A DNA stretch of 64,000 nucleotides, taken from IMG/VR virus record IMGVR_UViG_3300028412_000003, one strand, 5' to 3'. The position numbers and the translations under genes were made by a program. Within the stretch, counting starts at the first letter, position 1. Each line of letters opens with the position of its first letter. Positions 45,935 to 56,142 of the stretch are shown here, one piece after another. The stretch comes from a virus (taxonomy: Duplodnaviria > Caudoviricetes). The notes beneath the pieces are model-generated. The model saw only the letters and a list, made by a program, of their open reading frames with translations, was not told the origin of the DNA and did not search any database.

Positions 45935-47089
45935 ATTCCACGTCTTAGCTTATATAAACCGGAACGCGGTAAAGATTATCAATTCTTTGATAAAACAATT
46001 GAAGAAATGTTTATTGTCGGCGGTACTGATGTATTTGTTCATAAGTATCTTGGACCAAAAAATCCATCTGACGAAGACGCAACAGCAGATCAACCACAGT
46101 ATGATAGTGTTAATGTCACTAACATACAGGATCTATTGTTTCTTGAGAATCGAGATAGAGATTACGAAGAGGACATTTATACCATTCGTGGAATTTATAA
46201 TGTACAAGATTTAGATTTTGACCTATCTCAATTTGGATTATTTCTCAGCAACGACGTATTGTTTATGACAATTCACATTAATAGATCTGTCAAGACGTTG
46301 GGAAGAAAAATAATAATAGGTGACGTAGTTGAGCTTCCTCATTTAATTGACGATTACGGATTAAATGACTTAGCTTATTCACTTAAAAGATTTTATGTAG
46401 TTGAGGATGTTACTAGAGCAGCTGAAGGATTTTCTCACACATGGTATCCACACCTTTATAGACTAAAACTAAAACAAATTTACGACGGTACTGAGTTTGC
46501 AGACATATTTGATAGACCGGCTGGCGAAAATGATGATACTACGTTGCGTGATGTAATGTCAATGTGTGCAAAAGAAATGGAAATTAATGCAGGAATTTTG
46601 GCTCAAGCCGAAGCCGATGCTAAAAAATCAGGATATGAAACTAATCATTACTACACTCTTGATTTAGACGAGAATGGAAAAGCAGTTATCAATACAGCAG
46701 ACGAAACAGATAGTTTTGTATCTGACGGAACGGTTGATCAAGTATATGGTAATCCTGACCGGTTGGGTTACAAAGGTTATCTAATTGGTTTAGATGAAGC
46801 ACCAAACGGAGCACCATTTGGTTCTGGTATCTCCTTTCCTACTAATAGCGCACCTGGTTCTTATTATTTAAGAACAGATTTTATGCCAAAAAGATTATTT
46901 AAGTACGACGGAACTCGTTGGGTTAATGTGGTAAGTGACGTAAGAGAAACACTTTCAAATACAGACACTCGTAAAACACAACTTGGAACGTTCATTAACA
47001 ATACTAATACTAGTGAAATTGGCGGCGAAACTATACAGGAACGTCAAAGTATCACCAAAGCACTACGTCCGCGCGCAGATAACGTATAA
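45935..47089 (+). CDS. Neck protein, gp14-like; probable ATT start at 45935 (track ORF begins 46007)
   Basis: AGGAG-7 nt-ATT, then PRLSLYKPERGKDY in frame with 46007; GDVVELPH, WYPHLYR. Confidence 0.7.
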   Translation: MPRLSLYKPERGKDYQFFDKTIEEMFIVGGTDVFVHKYLGPKNPSDEDATADQPQYDSVNVTNIQDLLFLENRDRDYEEDIYTIRGIYNVQDLDFDLSQFGLFLSNDVLFMTIHINRSVKTLGRKIIIGDVVELPHLIDDYGLNDLAYSLKRFYVVEDVTRAAEGFSHTWYPHLYRLKLKQIYDGTEFADIFDRPAGENDDTTLRDVMSMCAKEMEINAGILAQAEADAKKSGYETNHYYTLDLDENGKAVINTADETDSFVSDGTVDQVYGNPDRLGYKGYLIGLDEAPNGAPFGSGISFPTNSAPGSYYLRTDFMPKRLFKYDGTRWVNVVSDVRETLSNTDTRKTQLGTFINNTNTSEIGGETIQERQSITKALRPRADNV

Positions 47090-47100
47090 GGAGAGATACA

Positions 47101-48543
47101 ATTTCACAATTTTTTTATGATGGCCAGATTAGAAACTATCTAATTCAATTAATACGCATGTTGAGCAATTTTAAATATAAGGATGCAGGCGGCGAACATG
47201 AAATTCCTATTCTTTACGGAGACATGACACGTCAAGTAGCTAGTATATTACGAGAAAATTCAGAAAACAAAGTTCCTTGTGCACCTCGGATGGGTATTTT
47301 TATCACGGCACTTGAGCAAGATCGAGAAAATACAAGAGATCATTCGTTTGTTGGAAAGGTAAACATAAGAGAGCGTGCTTATGATTCTGACAATAATGAA
47401 TATCTTAACTATCAAGGAAAGAATTATACAGTTGAAAGGTTAATGCCAACTCCTTACAAGATGACAGTGCAAGTTGACCTTTGGACTACTAATACTGATC
47501 AAAAATTGCAGATACTTGAACAAATATTAATGATATTTCGTCCTCAAGTTGAAATACAAACAACAGATAACTATGTAGACTGGACTTCTCTCACTACGGT
47601 TAACCTTGATAGTATTAATTGGTCTAGTAGATCCGTTCCTCAAGGTATTGATGCAGAGATTGATGTAGCTTCATTAATTTTCTCTACACCAATTTGGATT
47701 AATCCGCCAGTTAAAGTTAAACGTCTTGGTGTTATTACCAATATTATTAATTCTATACATGACGAGCGCAAGGGAACAATTGAATTAGGTCTGTCAAGGC
47801 CGGAAGTTTCTGCTTATAGTGATACTGCAAGAGCAGGATCAACCGATGTAAATGGTATTAGAACTGCAACCACTAGCGAAACCGATCAATTAGTTAATAC
47901 CAATCATGAAAATTTTGATATAGTTATTAGTGGTAATACAATACAACTTGGTCAAAATGGATTGTTAAGTAATGTTAGTTGGCAAAGAGTTACTGAACCT
48001 CATCCAGGACAGTATCAAGAAGATATATCAAGAATTTATATTGTTCGTAAATTAAATACCTATATAGAAATGACGGGAACCTTTACTATTAATCCGCTGG
48101 ACGAAAGTAAAATAATAGTTAATTGGGATACTGATACCTTTCCAGACGATACAAGCATATCTGGTCCTGCCCGCAGTACCAATGCGTTTACTTCAATTGA
48201 TTATATAATTGATCCTTTAAGAACTAATCCAACTTCTCTCAAAACACCAGGTCTGCGTATCTTATTATTAGAAGATATAGGTAGTAGTGAAAATTCTTCC
48301 GGACCTACAGCATGGAAGAACTTAAATAATTCAGACTTTATAGCAAATGCAAATGATATAATTGAATGGACTGGATCTAATTGGGTTATAGTGTTTGATG
48401 CAAGTGAAAATACAGATGGATCTCTCACTTATACAACAAATCTAAATACAGGAATACAATATCGATGGGATGGTGAAGATTGGTTGTTGTCTGTCGACGG
48501 TGTTTACCCTGTAGGTACCTGGCGTCTTGAATTAAACGGTTAA
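47101..48543 (+). CDS. Tail completion/terminator protein, gp15-like; probable ATT start at 47101 (track ORF begins 47158)
   Basis: AAGGAG-7 nt-ATT, then SQFFYDGQIR in frame; IPILYG, PTPY, QKLQILEQIL..F.P. Confidence 0.75.
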   Translation: MSQFFYDGQIRNYLIQLIRMLSNFKYKDAGGEHEIPILYGDMTRQVASILRENSENKVPCAPRMGIFITALEQDRENTRDHSFVGKVNIRERAYDSDNNEYLNYQGKNYTVERLMPTPYKMTVQVDLWTTNTDQKLQILEQILMIFRPQVEIQTTDNYVDWTSLTTVNLDSINWSSRSVPQGIDAEIDVASLIFSTPIWINPPVKVKRLGVITNIINSIHDERKGTIELGLSRPEVSAYSDTARAGSTDVNGIRTATTSETDQLVNTNHENFDIVISGNTIQLGQNGLLSNVSWQRVTEPHPGQYQEDISRIYIVRKLNTYIEMTGTFTINPLDESKIIVNWDTDTFPDDTSISGPARSTNAFTSIDYIIDPLRTNPTSLKTPGLRILLLEDIGSSENSSGPTAWKNLNNSDFIANANDIIEWTGSNWVIVFDASENTDGSLTYTTNLNTGIQYRWDGEDWLLSVDGVYPVGTWRLELNG

Positions 48544-48593
48544 TTACATTCAGTTAACCTTTAATTAGTTCTCGGTTTCTGCTAACTATTTGT

Positions 48594-49031
48594 ATGACGC
48601 AGAAAATTACCGCAACAGGATCCTTGTTTTATAGTTTTGAAACAAAAAGATTTCTTTTACTGCATAGAACAGACAATAAACCCTGTTGGGGACTTGTCGG
48701 AGGTAAAACCGAAGAAGGAGAAACTCCTTGGCAAGGTTTGCAGAGAGAAATTCAAGAAGAAATTAGATTTGATGATAAAATTATCAAAACAATTCCTTTA
48801 GAAACTTTTGTTAGCAACGATGATAAGTTTCATTTTCATACTTATTTGTGCATAGTAAAGAACGAATTTGTTCCTATATTAAATGATGAACATGATGGAT
48901 GGGCATGGGTTTCGTACAATCAATGGCCAAAACCATTACATGTAGGTTTAACAAACACATTAAGAAGTAGAGTTAGTCGTACTAAATTAGAAACAGTCTT
49001 AACTCTAATAGACGAATTATTGGAAATTTAA
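48594..49031 (+). CDS. NUDIX hydrolase
   Basis: Nudix box GGKTEEGETPWQGLQREIQEEI. Confidence 0.9.
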   Translation: MTQKITATGSLFYSFETKRFLLLHRTDNKPCWGLVGGKTEEGETPWQGLQREIQEEIRFDDKIIKTIPLETFVSNDDKFHFHTYLCIVKNEFVPILNDEHDGWAWVSYNQWPKPLHVGLTNTLRSRVSRTKLETVLTLIDELLEI

Positions 49032-49402
49032 TGAGCAAACAAGAAGGTTATATAAAAAAAGGTTGGGGATATGAACTAATATGGGCGTCTACTGACAACT
49101 ATTGTGGTAAGATATTAGTTTTCTTAAAAGAAGGAAACAAAACTTCCATGCATTTTCATAAAAAGAAACACAAAACTTGGTTTATAAACTCAGGTAATTT
49201 TACACTAAAGTGGATCGACACTGAACAAGGAGTAGTTTATGAAAAAATACTTGAAGAAGGTAATACTTTTGTTATGAATCCATTAACTCCGCATCAACTT
49301 ATTGCTTTGTCAGACAATGCTTCTATAACAGAAGCAAGTACAACTAATGAATTTGATGATACTTTTAGGATTGTACCAGGAGATTCACAAATTGGCAGCT
49401 GA
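49031..49402 (+). CDS. Cupin (sugar-nucleotide cluster type)
   Basis: KGWGYELIW, TSMHFH, PHQL. Confidence 0.75.
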   Translation: MSKQEGYIKKGWGYELIWASTDNYCGKILVFLKEGNKTSMHFHKKKHKTWFINSGNFTLKWIDTEQGVVYEKILEEGNTFVMNPLTPHQLIALSDNASITEASTTNEFDDTFRIVPGDSQIGS

Positions 49403-50003
49403 TGTACTCGAAACTAGTTCGTTTCAAAACTTCTCAAGATCTAAATGTGTAATTGGTATTGACAGAGACGGTACTATTAATATTGATAAAGGTACTTATG
49501 TTTGGAAACCTGAAGATTTTAATCCTATCCCCGGTAGCTTAGAAGCTATAGCAAAATTAAGAATGATCGGTCACGGCATTGCTATTATAACGAATCAAAG
49601 TGGAATAGATAAAGGACTTTATACACCTCAAGACGTTGATAACACGCATGATTACATGCTAAAATTGCTTGGTGAAGAAGGATGTCCAAGTATAGATGCT
49701 ATCTATTATGCTGCTGGTTCACAAAAACAAGATCCATTTGTTAAACCTAATATTGGTATGTTTAAAAGATGTGAGAAAGAACATCCATACCTTAACTTTA
49801 AACAGGGATATTATGTAGGTGATAAAATAAGTGACTTGAAAGCTGCTTTAAAAGCAGGAGCCATTCCTGTTTTAGTTCGCACTGGCTACGGTAATGAAAC
49901 CGAAGAGCTATTAAACAGATTTACCTATAAGAGCATAGCAAAAAAGACCATGGTCTTTGATGACTTATGGTCTTTCTCATTATATTTAGAACAAATAGCT
50001 TAA
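49347..50003 (+). CDS. gmhB: Heptose 1,7-bisphosphate phosphatase / HisB-type HAD phosphatase
   Basis: DRDGTIN, TNQSG, KPNIGM, VGDKISD. Confidence 0.85.
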   Translation: MNLMILLGLYQEIHKLAADVLETSSFQNFSRSKCVIGIDRDGTINIDKGTYVWKPEDFNPIPGSLEAIAKLRMIGHGIAIITNQSGIDKGLYTPQDVDNTHDYMLKLLGEEGCPSIDAIYYAAGSQKQDPFVKPNIGMFKRCEKEHPYLNFKQGYYVGDKISDLKAALKAGAIPVLVRTGYGNETEELLNRFTYKSIAKKTMVFDDLWSFSLYLEQIA

Positions 50004-51796
50004 TCTTCGTTCTTGACTGTTAGTAATAACTTGTATTCTGGAAGATATATGTATTCAATTTTACTATTTTCCAATGTACGCAATGCATCATCTAATGTTT
50101 CAACAAGTGGTTCTCCACCAAGGTTAAAACTAGTATTAAAGATTACTGGTACTCCGGTTTGTTTATAGAATTCGCTTATAACATCATAATAAAATTGATT
50201 GTCAATTTCTTTAACTGTTTGTATGCGACAAGTTCCGTCAACGTGAATAATACTTGGTATTTTTTCTTCAACACCATCTTTACAATTAACTGCATACATC
50301 ATTGTAGGAGATTCATCCATTCCTCGAAGATCAAACCATTCATGAACATGTTCTGCTAGTATAGACCCAGCAAATGGTCTAAAATATTCACGATTCTTTA
50401 TTTGATTTACAAAGTCTTTTCCGTCTTTAAATGTTGGATCAAACATTAATGATCTATTACCTAATGCTCTAGGACCGTTTTCAGATCTACCTTGCCATAT
50501 TGCTACTATATTCTTTTCTCTCATTAAGTTAACTACTGATTCAACATTGGTTTTTTCTACGGTAGCATTGTATTTGTTGGCAAATTTGTCTATATCATTT
50601 CTGTCATGATCGTATTTTGGTCCAAAATAAACATTATTAACCCTAGGGTTTATAGTTTCGTCTTGGCTTTGTATCCTATACCAAAGCAATGCTACACCAA
50701 GTGCTGTTCCTCCATCATTTGACATTGGTTCAACATATAATTCGATGCCTTCTTCGTTTAATCTATCAAGATAGTAGTAATTGGCTACACAGTTTAATCC
50801 ATATCCTCCACTTAATACAACTCTTTTCTTTCCGGTTAGCTTAGAAGCAGTTAATATCAAGTCTAATACTTTTTCTTGTGTTTCTTTCTGTACTTTATAT
50901 GCCATATCTCTACGGTTTTGTAATAAAGTCATATCTTTACCTTCAATTGGCCAAGGGTCTAATCCGTCGTATTGAAATACATTAAGAGTTGCTCCTTGAG
51001 GATAAGTTGGAATGAAGAGATTCTTATTACTCAATTTAAACTTATCGTCTTTATTAAAGATATTTGGTAGATTGTTATTTTCTTTTCCGTAAGGAAACAA
51101 TCCCATTGTCTTCCCAGCTTCAATTCCAAAAAATCCGCAATATTCAGTAACAGCTTCATAAGTTTTTACAATGCCTGCACTCTGAGATACCATTTCCATA
51201 TGTGTACCTTCTTCATTTAGTCTTTTACTAGAAGCAGTAAAGTCATAATGTGTAGGAACAGGATCTCTAGTTCCAAGATTCTTAAATATTGTTTTAAAAT
51301 AAGCAGGATAAGCACAGTCAAATATTGATTCTATTTCCCATGCTGTAAAATTAACTTTTCCTGCTGTTCCGGACATATTTGAACCGGCGCCGTCTACAAC
51401 AACCGAAACTGCATCTTCAAATCCACTGTGATAGAATGACAATGCTGCATGTATTTTATGATGATGCGCAGATAAATCAATTACTTGAGGATGTCCGTCC
51501 ATATTCCCAATGTCTTCAATTAGTCCTAATTTTCTAGCAAGACCGGTATATACGAAGTCTCCCATAAAATCAATACGAGCACAAGTTTCTTCTAAACTCT
51601 GTGTATGCGATATAACCATAAAATCAATTTTATCAGTGTATTCCTTTACTTTTACTATAGCAGCAAGTGGACCACCATCATATTTTGCACGAGACAATCT
51701 TTCTTCTTCAATTGAAAACACAATTTCTCCGTCTTTTAATAGACATGCACCAGAGTTGTGTCCCCTTGATATTCCTAAAATATATCCTGTTGTCAT
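50000..51796 (-). CDS. Full-length carbamoyltransferase, NodU/CmcH family
   Basis: EEERLSR.K, HHKIHA, GKTMGLFPYG, SGGYGLNC..N, E.GPRALGNRS, RE.FRPFA, NTSFN..GEP. Confidence 0.93.
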   Translation of the reverse strand: MTTGYILGISRGHNSGACLLKDGEIVFSIEEERLSRAKYDGGPLAAIVKVKEYTDKIDFMVISHTQSLEETCARIDFMGDFVYTGLARKLGLIEDIGNMDGHPQVIDLSAHHHKIHAALSFYHSGFEDAVSVVVDGAGSNMSGTAGKVNFTAWEIESIFDCAYPAYFKTIFKNLGTRDPVPTHYDFTASSKRLNEEGTHMEMVSQSAGIVKTYEAVTEYCGFFGIEAGKTMGLFPYGKENNNLPNIFNKDDKFKLSNKNLFIPTYPQGATLNVFQYDGLDPWPIEGKDMTLLQNRRDMAYKVQKETQEKVLDLILTASKLTGKKRVVLSGGYGLNCVANYYYLDRLNEEGIELYVEPMSNDGGTALGVALLWYRIQSQDETINPRVNNVYFGPKYDHDRNDIDKFANKYNATVEKTNVESVVNLMREKNIVAIWQGRSENGPRALGNRSLMFDPTFKDGKDFVNQIKNREYFRPFAGSILAEHVHEWFDLRGMDESPTMMYAVNCKDGVEEKIPSIIHVDGTCRIQTVKEIDNQFYYDVISEFYKQTGVPVIFNTSFNLGGEPLVETLDDALRTLENSKIEYIYLPEYKLLLTVKNED

Positions 51797-51798
51797 TT

Positions 51799-52776
51799 TT
51801 ATCCTTTTGATTTCTTAGTTGTAAAGAATGGTTGATTTACCGGTAATGTTGAAACATTTTTAGGTACACCTAATTTATCTCTAATACTTTTTAATATTTT
51901 TTTATGACTATCCTCGGATAAAATCATATTATTTTCATTATTTCTTTCAGCGATTGGATCAAATGTAATTCTATATGGACTATAGGACCTCATTTCTTTA
52001 CCATTATCAATTATTGTAAACTCTTTGTTAAAAGGATAAGAAATATTATCAGGATAAGTTGATCCAATTACTACCGTAGCCGGTTTACCAAGAGCATGTG
52101 CATAATGCTGTCCTACACTGTCACATCCTAGAAAATAATCAGCAGCTTTGATAATACCCATCCACTGTAATAGGTTTGTATTTTCGGGTATTGCTGCTTG
52201 TATTTGTCGATCTGTTGGTATTTTTTGATTTGACATCATTATTATACCGTAATCTTTTGATAGTTCATCAATTATTTGAAATACGTCTTTTAATTCAAAA
52301 CTACGACCGCTTGTGTCCCAAATGAAATTTCCTTCCATTTTAATACCACTACCAAATGGTTGAAAAACTATAACTTTGTCTTTCTTAAATTGCATCTTAA
52401 TTTGATTTATTAGATTATAACCATAAATTTGATCATTCTTTCCAAGATCTAAATTTATCTTTTTACTTTCTACAGTTTCATCTACGCCATTAATTAACAT
52501 ATCAAATGCTTGTATTAAATTAACTCTTTGATTAAAATAAGCATTTAAACGATAAGGTTCTGGAGAGATTAATTCTCGATCTTTTAAAAGATCAAATAAT
52601 TTTATATGATTAACTGGATAGACATTATTTCTTAATGAAGTTGATAAGAATAATTCCGGCCAACCTTCGGAGACAATAATAACATCATTGTCTACATTTT
52701 GTTTGTAATATTCAAGTGCTGGAACAGCACACAAAACTCTTCCAGCACCACCGTTTATAAAGAACGCTTTTTTCAT
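51799..52776 (-). CDS. GT-B glycosyltransferase, GT9/heptosyltransferase-like
   Basis: GGAGR, IVFQPFG, ADYFLGCDS...H.A.ALGKP. Confidence 0.75.
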   Translation of the reverse strand: MKKAFFINGGAGRVLCAVPALEYYKQNVDNDVIIVSEGWPELFLSTSLRNNVYPVNHIKLFDLLKDRELISPEPYRLNAYFNQRVNLIQAFDMLINGVDETVESKKINLDLGKNDQIYGYNLINQIKMQFKKDKVIVFQPFGSGIKMEGNFIWDTSGRSFELKDVFQIIDELSKDYGIIMMSNQKIPTDRQIQAAIPENTNLLQWMGIIKAADYFLGCDSVGQHYAHALGKPATVVIGSTYPDNISYPFNKEFTIIDNGKEMRSYSPYRITFDPIAERNNENNMILSEDSHKKILKSIRDKLGVPKNVSTLPVNQPFFTTKKSKG

Positions 52777-52839
52777 ATAATTTCCTATTAATTAGTATCA
52801 TTATATATCGTACTAATCTTTAATAAAAGAAATTATTGA

Positions 52840-53874
52840 TTAACATTCCCAACTTACACAAACCATTCCCATACGTCCCGAATCTCCGGTATAAGTTGAA
52901 GCATTATTTCCGCTAGTTACAGTTGCCCCGTATCCTCCGGCACCAGGTATTTGCATTATTCCTTGGTTTGCTCTGTAGCAACATCCACCACAAGTGCTCC
53001 CACACCATGGTAATGTACAAGCGCAATTTTCGTATCCAAAAACAGGACCTGTTTTACTACAACCACAAAAATTATCAAACATTACATAAGACGGATAAAT
53101 TCCATTTAATCCGTAACAAACAGGATTTCTTGCAGGATCACAGCAATTCATGTACCAGCTGCTTCTACTAAAGGCATGACAAACAATACCACGATCGGTA
53201 GCATTATCCCAACAAAAGTTCCAACCCGAACAAGATTGTGCACCACATCCATCAAATGTAGGTAATTGGTTGGCACCACTAGTTGCAGTTATATCTTCAG
53301 CCCAATATTGAATACAACTAACTCCACTCTCTGCACACATACACAACCCAGGACCCATAACCCAAGATGGGCTACCACAAATTCCTGGAGTAGTTTGAGA
53401 AGCGAAACAACAATATGCACATCCTCCACATAGATCATAAATATCTCCCGGAGTTACATCCATAGTTACTACCATATAGGCGCCGGTTACTCCCATTGTT
53501 GAACCGCCACAACAACAGGTACTGCTAGTTCCTGATCCAGGGCCCCATATTTGAAATTGAGCTCTGCTTACGCCAGCAGGAACTGTCCATGCACAATAAG
53601 CATTACATCTTTTTTCAGTGGTTGTATCACAAACTTTAAAACCGTTAGATTGATTAACTTCGACAAGTGGTGTTAAAATTTCTTGCCATTGTTCAGATAT
53701 TAGAGGATTAATGACAGTATTAGAACTATTAGCAACTCGATGCGGATACCCAAGTTGTTCATCTGGAGTAAAATAAAAACTTTCTGTTATACCACTACTG
53801 ATACATAATTCAAGTAATTCTGTGTTTAATTTTTGATTTTCTTTTATTGCTGCATAAAGAATTATATCGCTCAT
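52840..53874 (-). CDS. Cys/Gly-rich tail-fibre-like protein (32 Cys by my count)
   Basis: WTVPAGVSRAQFQIWGPGSG; C-terminal G.GG...G..GMV.VSW. Confidence 0.6.
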   Translation of the reverse strand: MSDIILYAAIKENQKLNTELLELCISSGITESFYFTPDEQLGYPHRVANSSNTVINPLISEQWQEILTPLVEVNQSNGFKVCDTTTEKRCNAYCAWTVPAGVSRAQFQIWGPGSGTSSTCCCGGSTMGVTGAYMVVTMDVTPGDIYDLCGGCAYCCFASQTTPGICGSPSWVMGPGLCMCAESGVSCIQYWAEDITATSGANQLPTFDGCGAQSCSGWNFCWDNATDRGIVCHAFSRSSWYMNCCDPARNPVCYGLNGIYPSYVMFDNFCGCSKTGPVFGYENCACTLPWCGSTCGGCCYRANQGIMQIPGAGGYGATVTSGNNASTYTGDSGRMGMVCVSWEC

Positions 53875-54516
53875 GTTAGATCCTCAATTTCAACTAAATT
53901 TTGAAAAGTTGTAACAAGTATATAAGGAATTCTTGGTATTTCTTTTTCGTCGAGTGTTACATATTTCCACGGACGAGCTTTTTCCAATAATTTTAAATAA
54001 TCTTCTAATCTTTTTATAGTTTCATCTATCTTAAGTTGAATTTCTTCATCAAACTCATAAAGGTTATCATATTTTTTAACAAACGCCAATCTTTTTTCAG
54101 CTTTTTCTTCGTTAACAGTTTTATTTTCTTTTATGATAGGAGATAAAAACAATCCCTCTAACGGAGAATATTCAACTATAAAATAATCTAATATTATTAA
54201 GTTAACTGGACTTTTATGTATACTCCCGTCATGATTTATCTCATCTACAAATTCAATTTCTCTGTTTTCACCAGTCTCTATAAACCAATGAGCAATTTCA
54301 GGATTTTCATTTGCATTTATTTCAATTTCTAAAATATTATCATTCTTTAGTTCATTGCTTTTTGCTAATTCATGATTTAAAACAGCATTGGTTTGAGTAT
54401 TAATTAAAACCCAAATCTTTTCAGGTCCCTCGTATGTCCAGGTTTCTGTTTTATTTTCTTCCCATGAATCTACCCAAATTTCATCAGGCACATTAATTGT
54501 AAATTCTTTTTTCATT
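53871..54516 (-). CDS. Probable fibre-associated/chaperone protein (likely start MKKEF at 54516)
   Basis: Acidic; between two fibre-like paralogues; SD AAGGA. Confidence 0.45.
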
Positions 54517-54526
54517 ATATTTTCCT

Positions 54527-55504
54527 TTAACACCAAGTTACTCGAACCATTCCACCACGACCTGCGTCACCTTGGTGAGTTGTTGAGCCGCCCGTTATAT
54601 GTGTTCCCCAAGCACCGGCACCTGGGAATAATCTAGTTAAAGATCCATTGCACAAGCAACCACCATAACATGCTTGATCCGTAAATGTCCAACAACACGC
54701 ACTTTCTGTTGTACAAGTATGACACACGCTTATAACCGGAGCAGATCCATGATATCCACAGTTGCCAGTATTAAGATATCCGTTTCCAAACACGCTGCTA
54801 AATCCACAAACAGTACCAGAACCAGAAGTACCATGCCATGTATTTCCAGGAGCTATAGCAAATGGAACTTCTCCACAAGTAGCACAACCATTGAAGCAAT
54901 ATTGCGATCCATAACATGTACAAGGACCAGATACAGTACGACCAGGTGCTTGGTATCTAGAACAAGTTGCGTTACTTTGTAGAAACATCTGACAATCAAC
55001 ATTTCCCTGTCCTCCGTCTGCACAAAATCCAGTTAGGTTATATCCTGTTACAAAAGACGGACATCCGTCTGCACAATTACATCCGGATGTAGTACAAGAA
55101 TAACAACAAAGAGCACATCCGGCACAAAGTGTATAGGAACATCCTTCTACTGCATCAATAATAACAGTTGCAAATGCACCGTTAGAACCAAATGGTGCGC
55201 CACCACAACAACAAGGAACTCCTGTGCCTGAACCTGCACCCCAAATTTGAAATTGTATTTTTGAAGCACCTGATGGTACTACCCATTCACAACAGGCTCC
55301 ACATCTTAAATATCCGCTTGCGTTATCATATACGCAAAGACAATCTGTTGGGGAAGCTAATAAAGGAAGCAATTGCCACCCGTATGTATCCCATGGACAC
55401 AAACATAAAGCATTATTGAGTGCTTCTACTTCTGCTGCCTGTATAGTGGTCTGTAATATCTTATTTTCTTCAAGTATCGCATTATATAATGATGGATCTG
55501 ACAT
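54527..55504 (-). CDS. Cys/Gly-rich tail-fibre-like protein (37 Cys by my count)
   Basis: WVVPSGASKIQFQIWGAGSG; paralogue of 52840..53874. Confidence 0.6.
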   Translation of the reverse strand: MSDPSLYNAILEENKILQTTIQAAEVEALNNALCLCPWDTYGWQLLPLLASPTDCLCVYDNASGYLRCGACCEWVVPSGASKIQFQIWGAGSGTGVPCCCGGAPFGSNGAFATVIIDAVEGCSYTLCAGCALCCYSCTTSGCNCADGCPSFVTGYNLTGFCADGGQGNVDCQMFLQSNATCSRYQAPGRTVSGPCTCYGSQYCFNGCATCGEVPFAIAPGNTWHGTSGSGTVCGFSSVFGNGYLNTGNCGYHGSAPVISVCHTCTTESACCWTFTDQACYGGCLCNGSLTRLFPGAGAWGTHITGGSTTHQGDAGRGGMVRVTWC

Positions 55505-55514
55505 TTAATTTCCT

Positions 55515-55802
55515 TTATGATACCGTTACTGTGTCTACTCGACCAGATTCAGCATATGTTACTGTAATTACTTGAGTTAATCCGTCATTTACTTCAGTCC
55601 AACCTGTTACTCTTTTAAACGATCCACTAAAATCTGCATTTACACCAAAATCGGTGTCGTATGTAATAGAGGTATAATCAACTCCATTAGCCGAGTAAGC
55701 AGTTAGATACCCGTCTGCATCAAAAACACTGTTTGAATCAGAATATGATTCTGTTAATTTTTTTTCTGCTTTTGGATCTACTTGTGCTAAAAATCTTCCC
55801 AT
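55515..55802 (-). CDS. Small structural hypothetical protein
   Basis: ORF track; SD AAGGA. Confidence 0.65.
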   Translation of the reverse strand: MGRFLAQVDPKAEKKLTESYSDSNSVFDADGYLTAYSANGVDYTSITYDTDFGVNADFSGSFKRVTGWTEVNDGLTQVITVTYAESGRVDTVTVS

Positions 55803-55811
55803 AATAATTCC

Positions 55812-56129
55812 TTAAGCTGTTGATTCAATTCCGTAAACAACGGCACTAATACTAGCAGCTGATGAATATACAACTAACCTCTGACCTGTTGCTAAAACAA
55901 TACCGGTGCGTTCTAAAACTCCAGAAACAGCAATAGTTAAGTCATATTCAATATATTCAGCAGCACCTGGTGTATCTGTTGTTGCTACTGCTATTCTTAT
56001 ATCGGCGGCGGTAGCTCCTCTGTTGCAAATATTGATGCTTGCTATGGTATAAACAGATGCCGGACAAGTATATACCGTTGTTAGTGTTGTTGCAGGTACG
56101 TCCGAAGCACCTAATCTACCTGTAGCCAT
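55812..56129 (-). CDS. Small beta-rich structural protein
   Basis: ORF track; SD AAGGAG. Confidence 0.7.
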   Translation of the reverse strand: MATGRLGASDVPATTLTTVYTCPASVYTIASINICNRGATAADIRIAVATTDTPGAAEYIEYDLTIAVSGVLERTGIVLATGQRLVVYSSAASISAVVYGIESTA

Positions 56130-56142
56130 TAAATTCTCTCCT

